Source: Mobula hypostoma (Eukaryota). Taken from it: 64,000 nt of DNA. The stretch covers positions 30,132,001 to 30,196,000 of the forward strand of contig NC_086101.1 in assembly GCF_963921235.1 (NCBI RefSeq), in the 5' to 3' direction. The notes beneath the pieces are model-generated. The model was not told where the DNA came from, did not search any database, and saw nothing but the letters and a program-made list of their open reading frames with translations. A program made the translations under genes and the position numbers. This document shows positions 37,390 through 50,859 of the stretch, one piece after another. The number at the start of each line of letters is the position of its first letter. Position 1 is the stretch's first letter.

Positions 37390-38320
37390 TGCTCCTACAA
37401 CCTGAAAGTAGCCTCATCATGGCAGAAATGAAAGTCATGGACTGATATATGGGAATGGATATAGAAATGAAAATAGTTATGGACCAGGAAATCACACATT
37501 TTGCAAATGGAACAGAGGTGCTTCAGAAAGCAGTCCCCATCTATTTGGAGTCTCACCAGTGTAGAGCAGGACTCATTGGGAGCATCTGATACAATAGATA
37601 ACCCCAAAAGTTACACAGGTGAAGTGCTGCCTCACCTGGAAGGACTGTTTGGTGCCTGGAATGGAGGTGAGAGAGGATGTGAATAGGCATGTTTAACACT
37701 TCTGCCCTTGCAGGGATTAGTGCCAGCAAAGAGATTAATGTGGAGGCATGAGGGTGGTGGCAAAGCATTTTAATTCCTATTTCATTCCCATTCCATTATG
37801 GCAATCTTTGGCCGCCTTGTCTGTGACAATGTGGCCATTCTCAGTTTGGAGGAGCAGCACATCATATTCTGGCTGGGTAGCTTCAAACATGATGCCATGA
37901 GCATTGATTTCTTTAAGTTCCAGTAATTTCTTTCACCCTCCCTTCCCTCCTCTTCAATTCCACACACTGGCCTGTTATCTGTTCTCCATACCTATCTACC
38001 ATCTCCCCCAGTTCCCTTCTTCCTTCCCTTTCACTCGTGGTCCACTTTCCTCTCCTATCAAGTTCCGTCTTCTCCAGTCCTTTGCCTTTTCCACCCATCA
38101 CCTTTCCAGCTTCATACTTCAACCCCCTCCCCAATCCACTTGGCTTCACGTGTCCCCATCCAGCTTGTTCTCTTTCCCAACCCTAAATCCTATTCTGGCA
38201 TCTTCCCCTTTCCTTTCCAGTCTGAATGAAGGATCTTGGCCGGCTATGTTGACTGTTGATTCATTATCATAGATGCTGCCTGACCATCTGCATTCCTCCA
38301 GCATTTTCCATATGTTGCTC
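37390..38320. mobile_element. Old Penelope with internal inversion
   Basis: GIY-YIG remnants on both strands, followed by a decayed pLTR. Confidence 0.55.
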
Positions 38321-38589
38321 CAGGTCAGTAGGTTAATTAATGACTAAATTTCCTCTAGTGTAGTTTGGTAGGTTAAAAGGCACATTATTGGAGGAATGGA
38401 ATTACTCAATCAGATAGCTTGGATCTAGTGAGTTGAATGGCCTCATTCTACATCATATAAAACAAGGACTGTTATCCTTGAGGAATTCTCTTTTTGTTTA
38501 GTGTGGGCAGCAGTGTAAAATTAAATTTGTTACCCAATCACTTTGTTAAAACTGTGCTAACTTCATGTGTATGAAAGTCAGGTAATTTA

Positions 38590-41500
38590 TGCTTTAGAGA
38601 GCCAAAGCAACGAAAAGTCATGATACATGTTGGTACCAACGACATAGGCAGGAAGAGGGATGAGGTCCTGAAGTATGAGTTTTGGGAACCAGGCAGAAGG
38701 CTGAAGAAAAGGACCTCAAGTGTGGCTTTCTCAGGATTGCTGCCAGTGCTATGTGACGGTGATGGTTATAATTGAAGGAGATGGCAGTTGAATGCGTGGC
38801 TAAGGAATAGGTGCAGGGAGCAGGGTTTTAGATTTTTTGGATCATTGGGATCTCTTCTGGGGAAGGTGGAACCTGTACAGATTGGATGGGTTGCACCTGA
38901 ACTCAAGGGGGAGCAATATCCTTGCAGGTAGGTTTGCTAGCATGGGTCGGGAGGGTTTAAATTAAATTTGAAAGGGGGATGGGACCTGGAGCGATAGAGC
39001 AGTGAAAGAAGTGCATGGGGGAAAGCCAGATCTAACATACAGAGAGGCTTTGAGGAAAGAGAAGCAGAATAAACGGTGTAAAGACAGTAAGGCAGAAGGG
39101 CTGAAATCCATGTACCTCAATGCAAGAAGCATCAGGAACAAAGGTGATGAACTGAGAGCTTGGATACATACATGGAATTATGATGTAGTGGTCATTACAG
39201 AGACTTGGCTGGCACCAAGGCAGGAATGGATTCTCAATATTCCTGGATTTCAGTGCTTTAAAATGGATAGAGGGGGGAGAAAGGGGAAGTGGGCGGCATT
39301 ACTGGTCAGGGATATTATTACAGCTACAGAAATGATGGGTAATGTAGCAGGATCCTCTTTTGAGTCAGTATGGGTAGAAGTCAGGAACAGGAAGGGATCA
39401 GTTACTCTACTGGGGGTATTCTATAGGCCCCCTGGTAGCAGCAGAGATACAGAGGAGCAGATTGGGAGGCAGATTTTGGAAATGTGCAAAAATAACAGGG
39501 TTGTTATCATGGGTGACTTAAACTTCCCTAATATTGATTGGCACCTGATTAGTTCCAAGGGTTTAGATGGGGTAGAGTTTGTTAAATGTGTCCAAGACAG
39601 ATTCCTCTCACAGTATGTGGACAGGCCAATGAGGGGGAATGCCATACTAGATCTAGTACTAGGTAATGAACCGGGTCAGGTCACAGATCTCTCAGTGGGT
39701 GAGCATGGGGGACAGTGACTACTGTTCTCTGGCCTTTAGCATTATCATGGAAAAGAATAGAATCAGAGAGGACAGGAAAATTTTTGATTGGGGAAGGGCA
39801 AATTATGAGGCAGGTGTGAATTGGGATGATACTTTTGCAGGGAAATGTACTATGGTAATGTGGTTGATGTTTAGAGATCTCTTGCAGGATGTTAGGGATA
39901 AGTTTGTCCCAGGGAGGAAGGTAAAGAATAGTAGGGTGAAGGAATCATGGGTGACAAGTGAGGTGGAAAATCTAGTCAGGTGGAAGAAGGCAGCATACGT
40001 CAGCTTTAGGAAGCAAGGATCAGATGGCTCTATTGAGAATTTTAAGGAAGCAAGAAAGGAGCTTATGAAGGGGCTGAGAAGAGCAAGAAGGGGGCATGAG
40101 AAGGCCTTGACCAGTAGGGTAAAGGAAAACCCCAAGGCATTCTTCAATTATTTGAAGAACAAAAGGATGACAGGAGTGAAGGTAGGACCAATTATAGATA
40201 AAGGTGGGAAGATGTGCCTGGAGGCTGTGGAAGTGAGTGAGGTCCTCAATGAATACTTCTCTTCGTCTTCGTATTCACCAATGAGAGGGAACTTGATAGT
40301 AAGGGCAATATGAGTGAGGTTAATGTTCAGGAGCATGTTGATATTAAGGGACAGGAGGTGTTGGAGTTGTTAAAATACATTAGGATCAATAAATCCCCAG
40401 GGCCTGAAGGAATATTCCCCAGGCTGCTCCATGAGGCGAGGGAAGAGATTGCTGAGCCTCTGGCTAGGATCTTTATGTCCTCATTATCCACGGGAATGGT
40501 ACTGGAGGAGTGGAGGGAGGCGAACGTTGTCCCCTTGCTCAAAAAAAGTAGTAGGGATAGTCCGGGTAATTATAGACCCGTGAGCCTTATGTCTGTGATG
40601 GGAAAGCTATTGGAAAAGATTCTTAGAGATAGGATCTATGGGCATTTAGGGAAACATGGTCTGATCAGTGACAGTTAGCATAGCTTTGTGAAGGGCAGAT
40701 CGTGTCTAACAAGCCTGATAGAATTCTTTGAGGAGGTGACCAGACATATAGATGAGGGTAGTGCAGTGGATGTGATCTATATGGATTTTAGTAAGGCATT
40801 TGACAAGGTTCTACACGGTAGGCTTATTGAGAAAGTCAGAAGGCATGGGATCCAGGGAAGTTTGGCCAGGTGGATTCAGAATTGGCTTGCCTTCAGAAGG
40901 CAGAGGGTCATGGTGGAGGGAGTACATTTAGACTGGAGGATTGTGACTAGTGGTGTTCCACAAGGATCTGTTCTGGGACCTCTAATTTTCATGATCTTTA
41001 TTAACGACCTGGATGTGGGAGTAGAAGGGTGGGTTGGCAAGTTTGCAGACAACTCAAAGGTTGGAGGTGTTGTAGATGGTGTAGAGGATTGTTGAAGATT
41101 GCAGAGAGACATTGATAGGATGCAGAAGTGGGCTGAGAAGTGGCAGATGGAGTTCAACCCGGAGAAGTGTGAGGTGGTACACTTTGGAAGGACGAACTCC
41201 AAGGCAGAGTACAAAGTAAATGGCAGGATACTTGGAAGTGTGGAGGAGCAGGGGGATCTGGGGTTACATGTCCACAGGTCCCTGAAACTTGCCTCACAGG
41301 TAGGTAGGGTAGTTAAGAAAGCTTACGGGGTGTTAGCTTTCATAAGTCGAGGGATAGAGTTTAAGAGTCGAGAAGTAATGATGCAGTTCTATAAAACTCT
41401 GGTTAGGCCACACTTGGAGTGCTGTGTCCAGTTCTGGTCACCTCACTATAGGAAGGATATGGAAGCATTGGAAAGGGTACAGAGGAGATTTTCCAGGATG

Positions 41501-41930
41501 CTGCCTGATTTGGACAGTATGCATTATGATCAGAGATTAAGGGAGCTAGGGCTTTACTCTTTGGTGAGAAGGAGGATGAGAGGAGACATGATAGAGGTGT
41601 ACTAGATAATAAAAGGTATAGATAGAGTGGATAGGCAGCGCCTCTTCCACAGGGCACCACTGCTCAATACAAGAGGACCTGGCTTTAAGGTAAGGGGTGG
41701 GAAGTTCAAGGGGGATAGTGGAGGAAGGTTTTTCTACTCAGAGAGTGGTTGGTGCGTGGAATGCACTGCCTGAGTCAGTGGTGGAGGCATATACACTCTG
41801 AAGTTTAAGAGACTACTAGACAGGTATATGGAGGAATTTAAGGTGGGGGCTTATATGGGAGGAAGGGTTTGAGGGTCAGTACAACTCTGTGGTCCGAAGG
41901 GCCTGTAATGTGCTGTACTATTCTATGTTC
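38590..41930 (+). mobile_element. CR1 LINE: ORF1 3' part and nearly complete ORF2
   Basis: MYLNARSIRNK..ITETWL, GDLNFP, YMDFSKAFDKV, GVPQGSVLGP, KFADNSK; tail ctattctatgttc. Confidence 0.92.
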
Positions 41931-42590
41931 AAACACATCCCCATGTGTGAATAAGTCTGCATGTAAACTACAGATGTGGAGTAGCAGTTATTAATGATGC
42001 CGCTGCCTCACATTCCAATAACCTGAGGCCAATTCTGCCTTCTGATTCTGATGTCCATTTTGCCAGGTTAAATGGGAACTGTTGATGTAGAGAGTTGGTA
42101 GGTATATAAGAGTGAAATCGGTGGGATGATATCATTGCAGCATCAACTTGAAGAAGCATGAGACTAGTTTAGATGAACGTGTTTGATTTCTTGGATCATT
42201 TTCGCAGGAGGGCTTTTTTAAGTGCTATATGACCTGATGAACATGTGATTGCATTGACTCCCTCTGCTCAGAAGAAAGACTTTTAAGTTGTCTGCTCCAT
42301 TTTGTAACTTCTGCACGTGAGGGAATCAATTTAATTTCCTGTGACCCTGTTAAATTAGGTGTCTTGTGTGAGATATTTGGCACAGTTTTCACCCTGGTTA
42401 AGCTCAGAGTGAATTGACAATTCATCTTGCATCATCTTTGTTGATTTATAGAGGGAACAGTGACAAATAATATTTGTCATTAAAGAAAATTGTATTGGCA
42501 TTGATATAAGATTGCAGCATGTATTTCTGACTGACCTTGGTGCTTATTTTTCACTATCTCCCATGACTCTATGTAACAATGTTTATTTCA

Positions 42591-42777
42591 ACACTCACAA
42601 CACGCTGGAGGAACTCAGCAGGTCGGGCAGCACCCGTGGAAAAGATCAGTCGATGTTTCGGGCCGGAGCCCTTCATCAGTCCTGATCGTTTCCACAGATG
42701 CTGCCCGACCTGCTGAGTTCCTCCAGCGTGTTGTGAGTGTTGCTTTGACCCCAGCATCTGCAGATTATTTTGTGTTT
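42591..42777. mobile_element. Hairpin Penelope pLTR derivative (subfamily B), 13-bp TSD
   Basis: TSD aatgtttatttca at 42578-42590 and 42778-42790; inverted arms of about 60 bp (about 42589-42649 and 42682-42742). Confidence 0.8.
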
Positions 42778-42946
42778 AATGTTTATTTCAGGTACTTAAA
42801 TTGGTTCCCATTCTTAATATGAAAGGATTATCTGTGTGAAATTGAACATTCTCCATGGGGCTGGCGGGGGGAAGGTTTGTGTTTTAACCCAGGTACTCGT
42901 ATATTGTCCAGATGTAATAGTTAATGAATGGTTAATTTTCTTTCAG

Positions 42947-43222
42947 GTTATCACTACCTACAAGGGCAGTTTGGTTGTCAGCTGAATGATCATAGTCCCA
43001 ACGTAGGGATACTGAAGTTGGCTTACGATGGAAAATACATACTTAGCTTTGATAAAGACAAACTGGAGTGGATTGCACATGATCCAGTATTTCAGCCCTT
43101 CAAAAAGAAATGGGATAAAAATGAAAGAATGAACAAATATTTCAAGAACTTGTTAGAAAAGGACTGTGTGGGACTATGCAAGGACTATTATGCAGTTGGA
43201 AAAACATACCTGACCCGAAAAG
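42947..43222 (+). CDS. MHC class I-like exon 3, alpha2 domain
   Basis: ttttctttcag|..|gtgagt; GYHYLQGQFGC..AYDGK..W..KKKWD..EKDCVGLCKDY; C101/C164 pair; 276 nt. Confidence 0.95.
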
Positions 43223-43829
43223 GTGAGTTCAGGGCAGAATGCATTGTTTTGTCATTGTATGTGTCGAGTCATGTTTCTTTATTACTTGTAACCTGAACAC
43301 ACTCATTTCCTATTTCCTTATGAGTGAGAAGAAAGTGATCTGGCATACGTTTGCTATGTGCGGTGAAAAACTGGATCACCTGGAGGAAACCCCGAAAGTG
43401 GGTGTAAACTCCATATGAAAAGCAAAGGATGTTGTCCTTCATGAACTGTGGATTCCCTTGATGGTAGATGAAAGAACAGCTGATGACATTGTATCTAGGT
43501 TTTGCTATTCCATTATAACTGCATCTCCTCTTTGGCATAGCGACCATAGGCTTGCCCTGGAACTCACCTACAACCCCTCCAGCCTTCTCTTTCAACACTT
43601 CCTGTCATATTCAACAGGATTCTACCACTAAACTTTTTTTTTCTCATTTCGTTCCATTCCCCATTCAGTCTTTTGCAGTGGTTATTCCATGTGCAAGTCT
43701 GTGGTCTGCTCTGTTGACCCCACCACCCACTCAACTCATCAGAACACATGCAGCACATCATTTTATATCTTTCCTTCCCACTGACAATGGACAGAGGCAG
43801 GAGGGATTAATGCACTTCCAGTCATGTAC

Positions 43830-46680
43830 TGGAACATAAAATGAAGAACCCTACACCACAGTACCAACCCTTTGACTCACAATGTTGTACCGACATTTTA
43901 ATCTACTCTAAGATCAATCTATCTCATCCCTCCCACATAGCTGTCCATTTTCTATCATCCATGTAGCTACCTAAGAAATTCTAATTATAACTAATGTGTC
44001 TGCCTCTACCACCATGCACTCACTACTCACACATTTTTTTTAAAAATAATTCACTGACATCCCTCCTGTACATTCCTCCAGTTGCCTTAAAATGATGCCC
44101 CCTTATAGCCATTTCCACCCTGGGATAAAGAAACCTTGCATATTCATTCGATGTACACCTCTCTCATCCTCTTGTATACCTCTAACCAGTTGCCTCTCAT
44201 CCAGCTTTGTTCCAAGAGAAAAACCCTAGCTCACTCAAACTATCCCTATAAGACAAGTGCTCTAATCCTGGCAGAGTCCTGGTGAATCTTCCTAAAGCTT
44301 ACACATCCTTCGTATAATGAGATGACCAGAAATGAACAGAAAAATCCAAGTATGGTCTCATAATCAGGGTTTTATAGAACTGCAAAATTACTTCAAGGCT
44401 CTTGAATTTATTCCCCTCACTGATGAATCCCAATGCATGGTACACCTTTTTACCCTATCAAATTTTGTGGGTACTTTGAGGGATCAATAGGCAAGGACCC
44501 CAAGTTTCCTTCACTTTTCCGCACTGGCAAACATGTTGCGAACTGTGTTTGCCTCCAAATTTGAATTTCCAAAATGAATCAATTTGCATTATTCTGGGTT
44601 GAACTCCATCTGCAACTCTGAACCCAGCTCTGCATCCTGTTTATGTCCCATTATAACATGCATTACTATCCACAACTCCACCAAACTCTGGGTCATCTGC
44701 AAATCTGCTAACCAAACCTTTCACTTCATCTAAGTCACTTATAATAATCACGAAGAGCAGGGGTGTGGCAAGACATCTCTGAATCCACACAGACGCATTT
44801 TACAGGATCCAAGGCCTCCTGAATTTCTGAATGACTTTTCTGCAGCCTTATCCAATGTATTAGTACATTCTATACACACCACTTCTGCTATATTACTTTT
44901 GTCAATGCTTTGTCGTATCCTCAATGAATTCAATAAGACAATAAGATATAGGAGCAGAATAAGGTCATTTAGCCCATCGAGTTTGCTCCACTATTCTGTC
45001 GTGGCTGATCCCAGATCCTATTCAACCCCATACACCTGCCTTCTCACCATATCCTTTGATGCCCCGACTGATCAGGAAATAATTAACTTCTGCCTTAAAT
45101 ATATAGCCACGGACTTGGCCTCTACCACAGTGGAGACAGAGCATTTTTGCAGATTCACTGCTCTCTGGCTAAAAACCTTCCTCCTTAACTCTGCTCAAAA
45201 CATTTCCCATCAATTTGAGGCTGTGTTCTCTAGTTCTAGATGCCCCCACCATTGGAAATATCCTCTCTACATCCATCCTATCTAATCTTTTCAACATTCG
45301 GTAGGTTGCAATGAGATCCCCATGCATTCTTCTAAATTCCAGTGAGTACAGATCTAAAGCTGCCATATGCTCCTCAAATGTTAACCTGTTCATTCTGTGA
45401 ATCATCTTTGTTTACCTCCTTTGGTCTCTCTCCAATGACAACACATCCTTTCTGAGATATGGGGACCAAAACTGTTGACAGGAATCCAAATGCAGCCTGA
45501 CCAGTGTCTTAAGGCTCAGCATTATCTCCTTGTTTTCATATTCTATTCCCCTTGAAATAAATGCCAACATTACATTTGCCTTCTTTACCAAAGACTCAAC
45601 CTGTAAGTTAACCTTCTGGGAGTCTTGGATGAGGCTCCCAAGTTCCTCTGCACCTCTGATGTTTGAACATTCTCCCCATTTAGATAATAGTCTGCACTAT
45701 TGCTCTTTTTACCAAAATACAGTATCATACATCTCCCAACAGTATATTCCATCTGCAACCTTTTTACCCGTTCTTCCAATTTGTCTAATTCCTGTTGCAG
45801 TCGCATTGCTTCCTCAGCACTACCTACCCCACCACCTATCTTTGTATCATATGCAGACTTTGCCAAAAAGACATCAATTCCATTATCCAAATCAATGACA
45901 AACAATGTGAAAAGTAACAGTCCTGATATAGGTCCCTGAGAAACTCTACTAACACTAGCAGCCAACCAGAAAAATCCCCTTTTATTCCCACTCACCGTCT
46001 CCTGTCTGTCAGCCATTCATGCCAGTAACTTTCCTCTAATGCCACAGGATTTTATCATCTTAAGCAGCCTCATGTATGGCATCTTATCAAGTGCCTTCTG
46101 AAAATCTAATTAAGTGACATCCACTGCATCTCATTTGACCACTCTGCTTGTTACTTCCTCAAAGAGTCTAACAGATTTGTCAGGCAAGGTTTCCCTTCAC
46201 AGAAATTATGCTGACTTTGACTTATTTTATCATCAGTCTCCAAGTTCCCTGAAACCTCATCATTGGTAATAGTCTCCAACACTTTCCCAACCACTGAGGT
46301 TAGGTTAACTGGCCTATAATTATCTTTCTTTTGCCTTGCTCCATTCTTAGAGTGGAATGACATTTGCAATCTTCCAGCCCTCCAGGGTTATACCAGGATC
46401 AAGTGATTCTTGAAAGATCATGAACAATGCATCTGCTATCTCTTCATCAACCTCTTGCAGCTCTCTGGGACGTAGTCCATCTGGTCCAGTTCACTTATCC
46501 ACCTTAAGACCATTGATTTTGCCTCGCACTTTTTCCTTTGTAACAGCAATGGCACTCACTTCTGCACCCTGGACCATCGGCATACTGCTAGTGTCTTCCA
46601 CAGTGAAGACAGATGCAAAGTACTCATTAAGTTTGTCTGTCATTTCTTTGTCCCCAATTACTACTTCACTTGCATCATTA
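43830..46680 (-). mobile_element. Decayed CR1 LINE fragments
   Basis: NYRPVNLTSVVGKVLE, LAKSAYDTKIGG, LYSLEFRRM. Confidence 0.7.
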
Positions 46681-47640
46681 ACAAAAAAAAATCTGCAAAT
46701 GCTGGAAATCCAAAGAACACACACATAATGCTGGAGGAAGTCAGCAGGCAGTCAACATCTATGGAATAAAAGTAAGTGCGGTCGACATCTTGGGCCAAGA
46801 CGCTTCAGCAGTACTGGAAAAAAAAATAGATGAGAAGTAGATGTAAAAGGTGGGGGCGGGGGAGAGGGAAACACAAGCTGATAGGTGAAACTGGGAAGGC
46901 AAGTGATGAAGTAAAAAGCTGGGAAGTTGATTGGTGAAAGAGATGCAGGTCTGGAGAAGGAGTCTGATAGGAGGGAACAGAAAGCCATGGAAGAAAGAAA
47001 AGTGGGGAGGAGTACCAGAGGGTGTTGATGGGCAGGCAAGGAGGTAAGGTGAGAGAGGGAAATAGATGTTCGTACCATCAGGTTGGAGGCTACCCAAATG
47101 GCATATAATGTGTTGTTCCTCCAACCTGAGTGTGGGCTCATCGCGACAGTACGGGAAGCCATGGATTGACATGTTGGAATGGGAAGTGAAATGAAAATAT
47201 ATGGGCACTGAGAAGTCCTGCTTCTTCTGGTGGATGGAGTGTAGGTGCTCTCAGTCTTCATTGGGTCTCACTGATATACAGGAGACCACCCCAGGAACAC
47301 TGAACACACTATATGATCCCAACAGGCTCGCAGGTGAAGTGTCGTCTCACCTGGAAGGACTGTCTGGGGCCCTGATTGGTAGTGAGGGAGGAGTTGTTGG
47401 GGCAGAACTTATCCTTGTTCTGCTTACAAGGATAAGTACTAGGAGGGACGCTAGATGGAGCAGAGCGATGGTGGAGGCAAATTGGTTGTGTCTGATGTCC
47501 AGAAAGAAACAGAGTTTTGAGGTGTTCCTGGTGCATAGGGACTGGATATCCATAGTAAAAATAAGATTATGGGGCAACAAACATTCATCCCTCCCCACTG
47601 ATCTCCCTCCTGGCACTTATCCTTGCAAGCAGAACAAGTG
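46680..47640. mobile_element. Penelope pLTR and GIY-YIG (-) with inverted fragment
   Basis: LRLEEQHIICHLGSLQPDG; RRHFTCEPVGII. Confidence 0.7.
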
Positions 47641-47649
47641 ATCATTGCC

Positions 47650-48260
47650 TCGACATGAAGCTCCCTAATAAGATCTGGGTTATTACACAACAGCCAATCT
47701 ACAATGGTCTTTCCCGAGTAGGTGCAAGCACAAGATGCTTTAAAAAACCATCTCATAGACATTCAATAGAAGAGTTCCCAGATATCCAGAAATCTGAATC
47801 CCTGCCTCCACTCCAACTCTTCAGTCACACATTTATCTGCTATCGCATTCTATTCCTGTCATCATTGATGCATGATACAGGCAACAATGATGAGAATACT
47901 ACTCTTCAGGTCCTGCTTCTCAGCTTTCTTCCTAACTCCATTTATTCTTTTATCAGGATCTCCTTCCTTATTTCTGCCTATGTCGTGGGAACCAATATGT
48001 ACCACGACTTCTGCCTACTATCTGACTTCTGGAAAGCTATGCTGACTATCGCTAATCAGAATATGCTTCTCCAGATGCTCATAAATCCTGTATCCAAGAA
48101 TTTTATCCAAATATCTGCCTACTGCTGAATTAAGATCCATTGGTCTCTAATTCCCAGACTCCCTATCTTGAACAAAGGAATAACATTTGCCATCTTCTAA
48201 TCTTCTGCTACTGCTCCTGTGGTCACTGAAGGCACAAAAATAATCATCAAAGGCACAGTA
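47650..48260 (-). mobile_element. CR1 fragment, decayed
   Basis: Endonuclease/RT linker-like remnants on the reverse strand. Confidence 0.45.
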
Positions 48261-48269
48261 ATCTCTTCT

Positions 48270-50404
48270 CTTGGAAGTTTTCATGTTTTACTGTTTTACA
48301 ACATTGAATCACAGAGGATTTAATTTGCTTTTTTTGACACTGATCAATAGCAAACAGCTCTTTCATTTCAAAGTGAAAATGGATCTATACAAAGTGGTCT
48401 AAATTAATTAATTACAAATATAAAACCCAAACTAATTGCCTAAGTATTCACCACCTTTAATATGACACACCAAACCATCACTTGTGCAGTCAATTGGTTT
48501 TAGAAGTCACATAATTAATTAGGTGTCCTAGCTATATATCAGGTTGTGTGCAGTCAAGGTGTTTAAATTGATTATAGTAAAAATACACCTGTATCTGGAG
48601 GGTCTGCACTTGGAGAACTGTGCTCAGTTCTTGTCACCTCACTACTGGAAGGGTGTGGATGCTATAGAAAGAGTGCAGAGGAGGTTTACAAGGATGTTGC
48701 CTGGATTGGAGGGCATACCTTATGCGAGTAGATTGAGTGTACTTGGCCCTTTCTCCTTGTAGTGACGGAGGATGAAAGGTGATTGATAAAGGTGTACAAG
48801 ATGATGAGGGGCATTGATCGTGTGGCTAGCCAAAGGCTTTTTCCTAGGGTTGAAATGACTAACACGAGGGGGCATAGTTTTAAAGTGTTTGGAAATGGGT
48901 ACTGAGGGGACGTCAGGGTGAGTTTTTCACACAGAGAGTAGCAGTGCGTGGAATGCAATCTCGGCAGTAGCAGTGGAAGTGGATACAATAGGTTCTATTA
49001 ACAGCCTCTTGGATATGTACATGGAGCTTAGAAAAATAGAGGGCTATGCTCTAGAGAAATTCTAGGTAATCTCTAAATTAGGTTACATAGCTGGCACAAC
49101 ATTGTGGGCCAAAGGGCCTGTTATGTGTTGTAAATTTCTATGTTCTATGCTCGACTACTGGAGAGTCAGTCTCCTGGCAAACACTGCACCATGAAGACAA
49201 AAGAGCTCTCCAAGCAACTCCACAGAAAGGATACTGAAAAGCACAAGTCAGGAGCTTGATTCAAGAAAATTTCCAAATCACTTGGAGTACAGTTAAATCA
49301 ATCATCAAGAAATGGAAAGAATATAGTACAGCATTAAATATGTCTAGAACAAGCCATCCTCAAAAACTGAGTGAACATGCAAGAGGGGAAAAAGTGGGGA
49401 AGGCATCCAAAAGACCTTTGCCAACTCTGGAGTTGTTACAAGCTTCAGTGGCTAAGATGGGAAAGCCTGCGCATGCATCACCAATTGCCCTCAACTGTAC
49501 CTCACCAGTCACAGCTTTATGGGAGAGTGGCAAAGGAAAAGCCAATGATGAGGGGAAAAACTCACATGAAACCTTGGCTAGAGTTTGCTGGAAGGTATGT
49601 GTAATACTCTGAAGTCAGCCAGAAGAAGGTTCTATGGTTTGATGAAAGCAAAATTGAGCTTCTTGGCCATCAGACTAAATACCATGTTTAGCATTGCAAA
49701 CACCGCACATCACCAGAAACACAGCATCCCTTCTGTGAAGGAAGCTGGTGGCTGCGACATGCTGTGGGGATATTTCACTGCAGCAGGCCCTGCAAAACGC
49801 GAAGTTAGAGGGTAAAATGAATACAGGAAAATACAGGGCAATCCTGGAGGAAAACCTGTTGCAGTCTGCAAGAGAACTGCGACTTGGGAAAAGATTTGTT
49901 TTTCAGCAAAACAATAAGCCAAAGCTACACAGGAATGGCTTAGAAACAACAAAGTCAATGTCCTGGAGTGGCCAAATCAGTGCAGACCTCAATCCAATTG
50001 AAAATTCGTGGCTGGACTTGAAGTGGCTGTTCACTCATGATCTCCATGCAATCTGACAGAGCTTGAGTAGTTTTATTAAGAAGGGTGAGGAAAAATTGCA
50101 GTGTCCAGATGTGCAAAGCTGATAGAGACCTATCCATACAGAATCAAAACTGCAATTGGTCCCAAAGGTGCATCTACCAAATACTGACTTGAAAAAGGTA
50201 AGTAATTATGCAATCAATTATTTAATGTTTAATAATTGCAATACATTTAGACCAATTTGTTGAAATTTGTTTCACGTTCATGGGAAAGTGTCTTTTCTGT
50301 TGATCAGTGTGAAAAAAGTCTAAGTAAATCCATTGTGATTCAATGCTATAAAACAATAAAACAAGAAAACTTCCAAGATGTGTGAATACTTTTTATATGC
50401 TCTG
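48270..50404 (+). mobile_element. Tc1/mariner IR/DR-type transposon, inactive
   Basis: ATG at 49191 MKTKELSKQL; WSTVKSIIKKWKE; KVLWFDESKIE; FQQNNKP; DLNPIENSW. Long TIRs of about 200 bp; the right end is ctg|TA and the left is truncated. Confidence 0.88.
48607..49151 (+). mobile_element. CR1 3' fragment nested in Tc1
   Basis: HLENCAQFLSPHYWKGVDAIERVQRRFTRML, with a ttctatg tail. Confidence 0.85.
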
Positions 50405-50859
50405 TATTATAATTAATGTAACTCAGATTTTTCAATACATTTACCATATTTTATTGTACTGCTGCCATATAGTTATCAAATTTCACAGCATATGCTGATG
50501 ATATTAATTCTCATTCTGATCTGTTTCTCTGGGGTAAGCATAGAATACCCCTATTAGAGTCATTGCTACTTTCCTCTTGCTTGTTTGCACCTGCACTGAG
50601 ATTCTCCATTCTACAATTGTCCGTTATATGACCTCTTGCACTGTGACCACAAGGACAATGTAAACTTGTGAGCAGCTGCTTATTTTTGCTTCTGTGCTTG
50701 TTGTAGCATTCCAAACTCAATATCCAATGCTCAATTTTAAGGTAGTTTACTTTTTCTGACTGTATCAGAATCGGCCATTCCTACTGAAAGTTATGGACCA
50801 GTGACTGACTGACTGACTGCTCAGGTCCTTATAGAGCAGCATGGAACCCTTGGGGAACC

